Assembly (NCBI GenBank): GCA_051382305.1 | Contig: JBBCAV010000118.1 | Coordinates: 1 to 16,184 of the forward strand | Direction: 5' to 3' | Length of the DNA stretch: 16,184 nucleotides | DNA from: Bdellovibrionota bacterium FG-2 | GTDB taxonomy: Bacteria; Bdellovibrionota; UBA1018 | In this document: piece after piece, positions 8,035 to 15,556 of the stretch | Numbering within the stretch: position 1 is the stretch's first letter | Layout of the letters: the number at the start of each line of letters is the position of its first letter | Translations under genes and position numbers: made by a program | The notes under the pieces: model-generated | The model's database searches: none | The model's input: the letters and a program-made list of their open reading frames with translations, nothing else | Told to the model about the DNA's origin: nothing

Positions 8035-9645
8035 CTACACCGAAACCGGTACCTCCGCAATCTCGGTTTTTGAATCTTTTTTTCTAATCATCGATTCAAG
8101 CGATTGAACTACGTCTCCCAGGTCCTCAGCTTGATGCCGAAGCTTTTTAGCTGATGCAGCCAGCTCACCTGAAATTTTTGAGTTACTATGGGTTGCGCCA
8201 TCCAATTCTGTCATGGCTTTGGAAATTTCACTCACTCCTTGCGCCTGCTCATGACTTGCGGAAGAAATCTCCTGTACCATCTGATTGACCGCTTGTGTTC
8301 CCGAAAGAATCTTATCCAATACAGCTTCAGACTCACGGGCCGTCCTTAGGCCTAAATCAACTTTCAGCTTAACCCCCTCCATGAGCTGCCTAATTCGAGT
8401 ATTGCTCTCCTCTACGATAGCCTTCACCTTCCCTGTGCTGACAGTTAAGAGTGAATCAATCTCGCGAGCAGCATCACCACTGCTCTTAGCTAAGTTTCCA
8501 ACCTCTTCGGCCACCACTGAAAACCCCTTGCCCTGCTCACCAGCCCGCGCCGCCTCAACCGATGCATTAAAAGATAAAAGTTTTGTTTGAAATACAATAT
8601 CATTTATTACTTTTGTCTTATCCCCGATCTCAGCAATCATTTTGACAATCTCACTAATTCGAGTGTTGCTCAGTTCGATCTCATCCGTCATTTTCTTGTT
8701 GCTGTCGTGGATCTCTTCGATCGCCCGCATCATCCCCTGCATCACCATCTTTCCCTGAGTGACCGCTGCACTACTTTCACTAGAACTCGTCGCAGAGCGA
8801 GCAGCGTTATCAGCACTCTTGGAGACCATCGCATTGAGTTCCTCCACCGACGCCGTAGTCTCTTGCACTGCTGCCGCCTGCTGCGAAGAAGTTGCTGCCA
8901 ACTTTGTTGAGACAGAATACACCCCATCCGCTTCTGATTTTGTCTGCGCGGTTTCGCGAGCAAGATGCTCAACGACCTCCTCCAAGGCAGTTAATATCGC
9001 ACGCCCCAATCTCATGCTCAATAAAACGCCCAAAACAGCGCCTAAAATAACCGAGGTCAACATCAAAACGCTACTCAAACTATTAATGAGGGAGAGCTTT
9101 TCGGCAGCAGTTGCAAGATCTTGCGAAAGCATATCGGTTGCTTCATCTAAGGCCTTCCCGGCTGTGGCATAATTTGGCAAGCAGTTACCTATGAACTCTG
9201 CAATCGCAGCCTTAGGATCAACCTTAATGAGAGACCGAATGTTCTTTTCCAGCGGGAGAACTGTCTCGTGCATTTCTAATACGGTCTTAAATCGTGTCAT
9301 TAATTCGTCAGAAGGTTTAAGCGTATCGATTTGCACCATTAAGTTATCGAGATTTGCATCGGCCTTGATTTTTTCTGCCCACAAAGCAGTCCGCGAAGGA
9401 TCATGCAGGAAGGTCGTAATGGCAAGCTGGCCCGAATTGAACGTAAGCTTAACGGCACCAAAAACTTCCCTGATCGCAACAACGTTTTGGTAATGTGTTT
9501 GAACTCTCCGCGAAACCGCGTTTGAAACAAGGTAGATCGCGATGGATATCACACCCACCGCGATCAATGCGTTTCGAAGAAAGCTAATTCTCTGCGGGAT
9601 TGAAACTATTTTAGCCTCTGCTTGATGCTCGACCATCCGGTTCAC
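8035..9645 (-). CDS. Methyl-accepting chemotaxis protein (two TM helices, periplasmic helical sensor domain)
   Basis: Two hydrophobic segments ([32 protein letters not shown]) and the signalling hairpin [40 protein letters not shown]. Start uncertain (GTG 9645 or ATG 9636). Confidence 0.93.
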   Translation of the reverse strand: MNRMVEHQAEAKIVSIPQRISFLRNALIAVGVISIAIYLVSNAVSRRVQTHYQNVVAIREVFGAVKLTFNSGQLAITTFLHDPSRTALWAEKIKADANLDNLMVQIDTLKPSDELMTRFKTVLEMHETVLPLEKNIRSLIKVDPKAAIAEFIGNCLPNYATAGKALDEATDMLSQDLATAAEKLSLINSLSSVLMLTSVILGAVLGVLLSMRLGRAILTALEEVVEHLARETAQTKSEADGVYSVSTKLAATSSQQAAAVQETTASVEELNAMVSKSADNAARSATSSSESSAAVTQGKMVMQGMMRAIEEIHDSNKKMTDEIELSNTRISEIVKMIAEIGDKTKVINDIVFQTKLLSFNASVEAARAGEQGKGFSVVAEEVGNLAKSSGDAAREIDSLLTVSTGKVKAIVEESNTRIRQLMEGVKLKVDLGLRTARESEAVLDKILSGTQAVNQMVQEISSASHEQAQGVSEISKAMTELDGATHSNSKISGELAASAKKLRHQAEDLGDVVQSLESMIRKKDSKTEIAEVPVSV

Positions 9646-9657
9646 CCATTCTTAAAT

Positions 9658-9688
9658 TCCCCAGGGCCAAACGCTAGGCCCAGGGGAT
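9658..9688 (-). other. Intergenic stem-loop between the PstS-like gene and the MCP gene
   Basis: Minus strand TCCCCTGGGCC-TAGCGTTT-GGCCCTGGGA. It has no clear U tract, so it may be an mRNA stabiliser or a weak terminator. Confidence 0.35.
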
Positions 9689-9700
9689 CAAATACTCTAA

Positions 9701-10480
9701 CTATTTAGCAGGGACAAACTTCTTACCAACGATCGCCTGACCTTCTGGCGAAAGAATAAAGTCAAAAAATTTCTTCGCATCGCCGGTAGGCGCCTCTTTA
9801 GATACGAGAACTAAAGGGCGTGAAAGAAGATATTCACCGGATTTGACATTATCCGAAGTGGGATCAACACCATTAACACCGATCATCTTGCCACCCACGC
9901 TCTTAAAAGACGATGATGCGTAAGTGATTACGCTCGAGTCCTTAGCTGCTTCACCAACGCAATCATGAGGCTTGTCGACTTGTCTTGACGGTCCATATGC
10001 CTCCTTATCCATCGCCATTTCCTTAAATTCTTTGACCGTGGCGCGATCCCCAGTTTGAAGCTCTGTCACAACCGTGATGGGCCCCGCTTTTCCGCCGACA
10101 TCCTTCCAGTTCGCAATTTTACCTGTAAAAATCTTTTTAATTTGATCTTTTGTAAGCGCTTTAACCGGATTTGAAGCATGCACAAACACAGCAATCGCAT
10201 CGTAACCAATATTTTGATAATAAGGCTTAGCCGCTTTTTCTTCTGTCTTTAACGCCCTACTCAACCCTCCGATATTCGCTGCCCCCGCCATCACTGCCTT
10301 AATTCCCTCTCCCGAGCCTTTTAATCCGATGCTATCAAATTTAATCTTTTCCTTTGCCTCAAAAGCCGTACTTGCCTCTGGCATAACATTCTCACCAATT
10401 GTCGATGAGCCTTCATAAGTGAGTCCTGCCCACGCCATCGTTGTACACAAAAAGACTGCCAAAACTAACACCTGCTTCAT
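9701..10480 (-). CDS. PstS-like (PBP2) periplasmic oxyanion-binding protein, orphan
   Basis: Sec signal MKQVLVLAVFLCTTMAWA, and motifs GSSTI, GSGEGI, SRALK, GYDAIAVFVHASNPV, IFTGKIANWKDVGG, Y.LSRPL and FFDFILSPEGQ. ATG 10480 is preceded by AAGGAGG. No pstCAB in the window. Confidence 0.88.
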   Translation of the reverse strand: MKQVLVLAVFLCTTMAWAGLTYEGSSTIGENVMPEASTAFEAKEKIKFDSIGLKGSGEGIKAVMAGAANIGGLSRALKTEEKAAKPYYQNIGYDAIAVFVHASNPVKALTKDQIKKIFTGKIANWKDVGGKAGPITVVTELQTGDRATVKEFKEMAMDKEAYGPSRQVDKPHDCVGEAAKDSSVITYASSSFKSVGGKMIGVNGVDPTSDNVKSGEYLLSRPLVLVSKEAPTGDAKKFFDFILSPEGQAIVGKKFVPAK

Positions 10481-10537
10481 AACACGTCCTCCTTGGTTAA
10501 ATATAGCGAACACATTTCAAAAAAACCTATACTAATA

Positions 10538-10789
10538 TTACGTCTGCGAAACTTCTAAAGTTTTCTCCACTTGCGGAGCATTAATCTGCTGAACCGACAG
10601 GACGGTTTCGGCGCGCGCTTCGCGCGTATCATCACTCATAAGAGACGAGATACCTTTGCCGTCTACCGCTTCCTTAAAAGCCTTAAATCCCTTACCGAGT
10701 CCCGCTCCAAGCTCCGGCAACCGCCTGGAACCAAAAAGCAACACCACGATCCCCAAAACCAATAAATGCCCTGCACTTAAACCAAACAT
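10538..10789 (-). CDS. tatA: Twin-arginine translocase TatA/TatE subunit
   Basis: MFGLSAGHLLVLGIVVLLFGSRRLPELGAGLGKGFKAFK matches the TatA pattern. ATG 10789 is preceded by AAGGAGG. Confidence 0.9.
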   Translation of the reverse strand: MFGLSAGHLLVLGIVVLLFGSRRLPELGAGLGKGFKAFKEAVDGKGISSLMSDDTREARAETVLSVQQINAPQVEKTLEVSQT

Positions 10790-10810
10790 AAAACCTCCTT
10801 CAAAATTAGA

Positions 10811-10851
10811 ACTGCCCCAGCCCATTAGTACAAATAGCAGGCCAGGGCAGT
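10811..10851 (-). other. Intergenic stem-loop downstream of the catalytic-subunit gene
   Basis: Minus strand ACTGCCCTGGCCT...GGGCTGGGGCAGT forms about 13 bp including G:U pairs, with no poly-U tail. Confidence 0.45.
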
Positions 10852-10875
10852 CGGTAGAGGTAGAAGCCTACATGA

Positions 10876-13425
10876 TTAGACCTTTACCAACTTTACGCAG
10901 GTCTCTTTATGAAGAGCCTGCCCAGAAAGTGGATCAGATTTGGTGGGCCGCAAGGTTGCATCAGAGGTTCCTCTGCCCATCGCATTTTTCCCAAGAGCCG
11001 TGTGACCAAAGCCATGCTGCAACCCCACAACTTCAGGGTGAATACGTTTCGACACCTTCACCTTGGCTTTCACCTTCCCATATTTGGATTCAACCCAAAC
11101 TTCGTCCCCCGATTTAATCTTCATACTCGCTGCGGCCTTGGGATGCATGATCAGTGGGTTATCTGCCTTAATTTCTAAAAGCCAGGGATTGTTCTGAGTC
11201 CTGCTATGAGTGTGGCTCGCTTCCTTCCAGTTGATCGCATAAAAGGGATACTCAGCAGACGGCATCCAATCACGAGAGTTAAACACGGGCAGCGCATCCA
11301 CAGGACGTCCGAGAGCATCTTTTTTATCAGCTAGGCCCTTAGCAAAAAACTCAACTTTACCACTCTTTGTGAAAAAGCCACGCACAGGTTTTCCTGCAAT
11401 GAGAGTTCCAATTCGCTTGCCGCCTTTGTCTTTGGGCTTATCATAAATCCCGGTCCCATCGACCTTACGATCACCGTCAAACCAAGCTGATTTCAGCTTA
11501 TCATCAGCAAGTACGCTCTTGTACTTCTCATACTTCGTGCCTTTCTTATCAATCCATACCGCTCCCGGTAGTTTTTTGAGTTCCGCCAACGTCATTGCGG
11601 GTCCGCCACTCTTACATTCATTTGAGAGATAATCTTCGTACCAGGTTTTGAGATCATCAATTGTCTTGCCCGAAAGCGGTCCAACATTGAAAAATAGTTT
11701 TCCCTCGTGATCTTTAAGCTTCAGTCTTCGCCCCAAAGCCGCCACCACCTCATATTCAGCCAGTTGACCAAAGAGGGGCTTTACTACGGGCTGTCTGAGA
11801 GCCATGCACCCCCAGGTCACCCAGTGAGTGTTGAGATCGTATCGTTCCAGGTACGTCGTCCCAGGAAGCACATAATCCGCCAGCTTGGCCGTCTCGCTCA
11901 TCATAGTATCGATCACAACGAAAGTTTCCAACTTCGCAATTGCCTTGGCAACGGTTCCCGAGCCAGGCACCGACATCATTGGGTTTTGAAAAACGCACAT
12001 CATCATTTTGGGCTTATACGGGCCCTTATCGTCAGCGAGATTTTGAAACATCTGGGTATAGACGCCAGAAGAATGTCCTAGTGGATACTTCTTCGCTTCG
12101 TCAAAAGTCGGCAGTTTTACCGACTTCGCCGCCTTCTCATCGGGATCACAATGTCCGTGCTTGTTCCCCTTTTTATCCGGCATAATCAACGTCCCAGGCC
12201 GATCGTATCCACCCACGAGCGCCGCAAGCATCGCAATCGCGCGCCCTCCTTGCACACCATTACTGTGCTGTCCGGGCCCACTCCAAACATCAACGCAAGG
12301 CGCTTTTGCTTTCGCAAGTTCCTTAGCTAGACGTTCAATGGTTTTTGCAGGAATCGTCGTGATTTTCTCCGCCCACTGAGGGGTCTTGTCTTTAACGTAT
12401 TCGGCATACTCCTTGAAGCCCACCGTCCATTGCTCCACAAACTCTTTATGGTAAAGCTTATCGCGAACAATCACATGCCCCATCGCAAGAGCTAAGGCGC
12501 CATCTGTGGCAGGACGTACTGAAACCCACTCATGAGCTTTCACGGCTGTATCCGACATATACGGATCCACGACAACCAAACGCGCGCCTTTTTCCAGCGC
12601 ACGAGTCATCATGCGTGGCAAATGCACCCATTTGATCGCACTAGTGGGATTCCAGCCAAAGAGCATGATAAAGTCCGATTGAAGCATATCTGCAAGCGGA
12701 CGGTCATCGCCCATCACAGCCTTATACGATGCCTTGCGAGCGACGTCACAAAGGTTCGAGTGCATAACGTAGTTTGGCGTTCCATATAATGTACAAAAGT
12801 CACCCTGAACATGAGTAAATGAATGATCCTCACTCATCCAAATGAGTTTTTGGGCTTCATCGGCATCCCGCAACGCACGCATCTTCTCTGCGATCTCATC
12901 AAGCGCACGCTCCCAAGTGATCTCCTCCCATTTTGGATCCGCTCCCGGCGTTTTATCGGGGTTGGTCCGCTTCAAAGGCTTCTTGACTCGCTCAGGGTCA
13001 TAAAGTTGCATAATCCCTGCGTTTCCTTTGGGACAAAGCGCTCCGCCCTCTTTACAGCCATATGCTTCTGTATATCCGTCAAAAAAATCAGTTGAGATAT
13101 TGGAGTAGTTATTGGGGTTCCAGTGATTAGGTTCGATCTTTTCAACGACGCCATCAACGACATGGACCAGGATACCGGATTGCCCTCCACACATATTACA
13201 GCACGAAGGAATCCATTCGCCCGCCTCACGGCCCCAACGTTTTTTCCCTTCGGCATTAGCGATAATTTGTTGATCGCGAATTACCGGGGTTCCTGTTTTC
13301 TTAGCACCCTTTTTTCCTGTTTTCGCATGAGCCTTAAGCCCAAGCCCCACGACCCCTACTGCAGCCGCAGTTCCTGCGTCCCTAATAAATTTACGACGCC
13401 CCATTTTTTTATCAAAAATATACAT
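10876..13425 (-). CDS. Tat-exported Mo/W-bisPGD oxidoreductase catalytic subunit (DMSO reductase family, Psr/Phs/Srr/Arr/Anr-like)
   Basis: Tat signal GRRKFI..AHA; FS0 region CCNMCGGQS...LCPKG; YDPERVKKPLKRTNP; GTPN..HSNLC (Cys226, predicted Mo ligand); VVVDP; RPATDGALALAM; ADYVLPGTTYLER; HTHSRTQNN; C-terminal dinucleotide-binding domain. RBS AGAGGT. Confidence 0.93.
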   Translation of the reverse strand: MYIFDKKMGRRKFIRDAGTAAAVGVVGLGLKAHAKTGKKGAKKTGTPVIRDQQIIANAEGKKRWGREAGEWIPSCCNMCGGQSGILVHVVDGVVEKIEPNHWNPNNYSNISTDFFDGYTEAYGCKEGGALCPKGNAGIMQLYDPERVKKPLKRTNPDKTPGADPKWEEITWERALDEIAEKMRALRDADEAQKLIWMSEDHSFTHVQGDFCTLYGTPNYVMHSNLCDVARKASYKAVMGDDRPLADMLQSDFIMLFGWNPTSAIKWVHLPRMMTRALEKGARLVVVDPYMSDTAVKAHEWVSVRPATDGALALAMGHVIVRDKLYHKEFVEQWTVGFKEYAEYVKDKTPQWAEKITTIPAKTIERLAKELAKAKAPCVDVWSGPGQHSNGVQGGRAIAMLAALVGGYDRPGTLIMPDKKGNKHGHCDPDEKAAKSVKLPTFDEAKKYPLGHSSGVYTQMFQNLADDKGPYKPKMMMCVFQNPMMSVPGSGTVAKAIAKLETFVVIDTMMSETAKLADYVLPGTTYLERYDLNTHWVTWGCMALRQPVVKPLFGQLAEYEVVAALGRRLKLKDHEGKLFFNVGPLSGKTIDDLKTWYEDYLSNECKSGGPAMTLAELKKLPGAVWIDKKGTKYEKYKSVLADDKLKSAWFDGDRKVDGTGIYDKPKDKGGKRIGTLIAGKPVRGFFTKSGKVEFFAKGLADKKDALGRPVDALPVFNSRDWMPSAEYPFYAINWKEASHTHSRTQNNPWLLEIKADNPLIMHPKAAASMKIKSGDEVWVESKYGKVKAKVKVSKRIHPEVVGLQHGFGHTALGKNAMGRGTSDATLRPTKSDPLSGQALHKETCVKLVKV

Positions 13426-13440
13426 AAATAACCTCTTTTC

Positions 13441-14316
13441 TTAGACCAAGTAATACACATTCGGCAGTGTCTGAAGCTCTTCTTTTAAGCGGATCGCCTT
13501 GTGCTTTTTCAGCAACTGAGAAACCTCACTCTTGGGATCATTAAAGTCCCCAAAGAAAATGGCGTGCCCCGTACACGTTTTTGAACAGGCAGGCCATCGT
13601 CCTGCCGATTTGTCGTAACGTCCGTCTTGATCTTGAAGATGCACACAAAATGTGCATTTTCGAACTTTGCCTGTCGTCATTTTATCGCCTTCGCGCGGCC
13701 TAAACTGATTATATTCAGGCGAAGGAACCTGTGAATAGGGGGTTTTCCCTTCTACAGCTGGATAATTGTTTCCATCATCAATTGTACGCGCTCCGTAAGG
13801 ACAAGCTTTGACACAATCTCCAGCCCCTTGACAAAGATCATAATCCACAACGACAACGCCATCACTTGCCCGCTTAAAGGTCGCATCAACTGGGCAAACG
13901 GGAACGCACGGAGGGTTCTCACAATGAAAACATGGCCGAGTCATGAAAATGGGCTTATCAACCACACTCTTTTTGTCCGGATTTTCCAAGAGGACGTTAT
14001 TAAAGACTCCGGGAGGTGTTTTATTTTCCGCCTTACAAGCAACCACACAAGCCTTGCAGCCCACGCATCGTTTCGTATCCACTACCATTCCAAAACGATA
14101 TTTTCGCTTAGCCTTAGTCTCAGCATTCACGGCCGGGGCAGCGCCAGCAATTGAGGCCACTAATCCTCCCCCCAATGCGAGCGCTAATGCTCCTGCCCCC
14201 GTCTTTACGATCTGTGAAACGAGGTCTCTTCGACTCATCTCTCCATCAAGCGATGAATCTTTGTCCTTATTTTTTTCTTCATTGTTATCGATATTTACCT
14301 TACCTGAATCAGTCAT
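13441..14316 (-). CDS. Four-cluster Fe-S electron-transfer subunit (NrfC/PsrB/DmsB-like) with its own Tat signal
   Basis: SRRDLV followed by a hydrophobic h-region; Cys groups CVGCKACVVAC, CFHCENPPCVPVCP, CQGAGDCVKACP and CTFC..PACSKTC; C-terminal PNVYYL. ATG 14316 is preceded by GGGAGG. Confidence 0.92.
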   Translation of the reverse strand: MTDSGKVNIDNNEEKNKDKDSSLDGEMSRRDLVSQIVKTGAGALALALGGGLVASIAGAAPAVNAETKAKRKYRFGMVVDTKRCVGCKACVVACKAENKTPPGVFNNVLLENPDKKSVVDKPIFMTRPCFHCENPPCVPVCPVDATFKRASDGVVVVDYDLCQGAGDCVKACPYGARTIDDGNNYPAVEGKTPYSQVPSPEYNQFRPREGDKMTTGKVRKCTFCVHLQDQDGRYDKSAGRWPACSKTCTGHAIFFGDFNDPKSEVSQLLKKHKAIRLKEELQTLPNVYYLV

Positions 14317-14318
14317 GA

Positions 14319-14389
14319 GATCCTCCCAAAATTTCGGGAGATCCAATCAAACAGCCCCAAAATCCCCAGCCATTTGAATGGATCTCCCG
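14319..14389 (-). promoter_or_regulatory. Mutually exclusive RNA hairpins overlapping the RBS of the Fe-S subunit gene
   Basis: Long stem CGGGAGATCCA/TGGATCTCCCG plus TCAAATGGC/GCTGTTTGA (14335-14389). The alternative stem GATCTCCCGAA/TTTGGGAGGATC (14319-14343) pairs the Shine-Dalgarno. Confidence 0.5.
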
Positions 14390-14402
14390 CTAAAATCTAT
14401 GT

Positions 14403-15419
14403 CTAGAATGTCCAAGAAAACGTAATTCGTGGAATCACGTCAGCATCAGTACCTTCAGGGTAAGTCACCATTTCAACGTTCGGCATAAAATGGATGTTTT
14501 TAGCAGCCTCATAATCCACACCCGCAATATAGAGCATGGGCTTCGCCGTCTTGCTTTGATGCAAATAGGTCGAATCTCCGAGGCAAGCCTTATCAAGAGC
14601 ATCAACCCGCGCAAAAGCAGAAAGTTCATCCATGACTTTGGCAACAGCATGGAGTGACCAAACGTTATAAGAATTAAAAAGATTTTTTGAGGCAGCGACT
14701 TTTCGATGAGCAAACATCGCACCCACGCGGAAAGCATCCACTTTATAGCCTGCGAAAACGTGATTCAGAGTCGAGTGAGTATTGGATTCATAATCACCAT
14801 ATACCTCAAGGAGAACCTCTTTAATCGGAGCTGACGTAAGCGAGAGGTAAACTCTCTTGCCCTTGTTGATTTCCTGAGTCGTGCTACTGCCATTGGCGGC
14901 CATAACATGATAGCCTAGGAGACCATCACTATAACTCCCCTTGATAGCGACCCCTAAATCTCTCGAAGGGGCTAATCCCCACAAATCTTCTGGCGACTTC
15001 TCAACAGCTCTTAGACCCCAGTGATTTTCGACGACATCAAGAGTAGGCGTCCCCGCGAGGCCCATGAACACTTTACGCGAATCCCATTTATACTGAAGAT
15101 ACAGATCTTTTAGAAAAGGGGAAATCGTGGAACCCGTCTTATCGGTAAAGTCTTTTCCATTCATTTCAAAACGCAAACGTGAAGACCAATTTTCTTCAAA
15201 GCCATAGTCATAAGTAAAATAAGCTCTTCTCAACCAAAAACCATTTTGCCCCTGATAACCCTTCTCACTAGCAAGCGAAGTCGTTGTGTCATGATCCTTT
15301 GCAAACCAGTACGCATCCCCAAACACTAAACCAGAAAACTTCCCCTCGCCCGCAAACGCCGAACCAGAAACCAGCACAATAAAGGCCAGTAATCCTAAAA
15401 CGTGCTTATAATTTTTCAC
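14403..15419 (-). CDS. Outer-membrane beta-barrel porin, OprO/OprP (anion-selective)-like
   Basis: Signal peptide ending AFA, FWLRRAYF motif, alternating beta-strand pattern, and C-terminal BAM signal RITFSWTF. GTG start after GGAGA. Confidence 0.75.
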   Translation of the reverse strand: MKNYKHVLGLLAFIVLVSGSAFAGEGKFSGLVFGDAYWFAKDHDTTTSLASEKGYQGQNGFWLRRAYFTYDYGFEENWSSRLRFEMNGKDFTDKTGSTISPFLKDLYLQYKWDSRKVFMGLAGTPTLDVVENHWGLRAVEKSPEDLWGLAPSRDLGVAIKGSYSDGLLGYHVMAANGSSTTQEINKGKRVYLSLTSAPIKEVLLEVYGDYESNTHSTLNHVFAGYKVDAFRVGAMFAHRKVAASKNLFNSYNVWSLHAVAKVMDELSAFARVDALDKACLGDSTYLHQSKTAKPMLYIAGVDYEAAKNIHFMPNVEMVTYPEGTDADVIPRITFSWTF

Positions 15420-15514
15420 TCATTTTCTCCTTTTACAGTTATTTGATCAGAAGAACACAAAGGCTCTCCTGCCCCCGTTGACTCAAACACTTCGAATAGG
15501 TGTGCAAAAAGGAT

Positions 15515-15556
15515 TATGACGAAAACGACTTCTTTTACTAGTCCGTAAAACTACGT
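15515..15556 (-). promoter_or_regulatory. Candidate promoter / regulator-binding region for the porin-oxidoreductase operon
   Basis: Inverted repeat TTTTAC-N6-GTAAAA (15533-15550) and a CATAAT -10-like hexamer on the minus strand, with only a poor -35. Confidence 0.3.

Noticed and set aside
9701-10480. Calling the gene pstS of a phosphate ABC transporter
   Set aside because: There is no pstCAB or phoU nearby, and the R-x3-SGT motif is replaced.
10495-10515. ModE-box-like half site (TTCGCTATATT on the minus strand) upstream of the PstS-like gene
   Set aside because: The second half of the palindrome is missing (the RBS occupies that position), and no modE is in the window.
10876-13425. Specific assignment as arrA, psrA, phsA, srrA or anrA
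   Set aside because: It shares features with several of these (RTNP..DPKW and HSxxC are ArrA-like; HTHSRTQNN is Psr/Phs-like) but matches none convincingly by eye. A phylogeny is needed.
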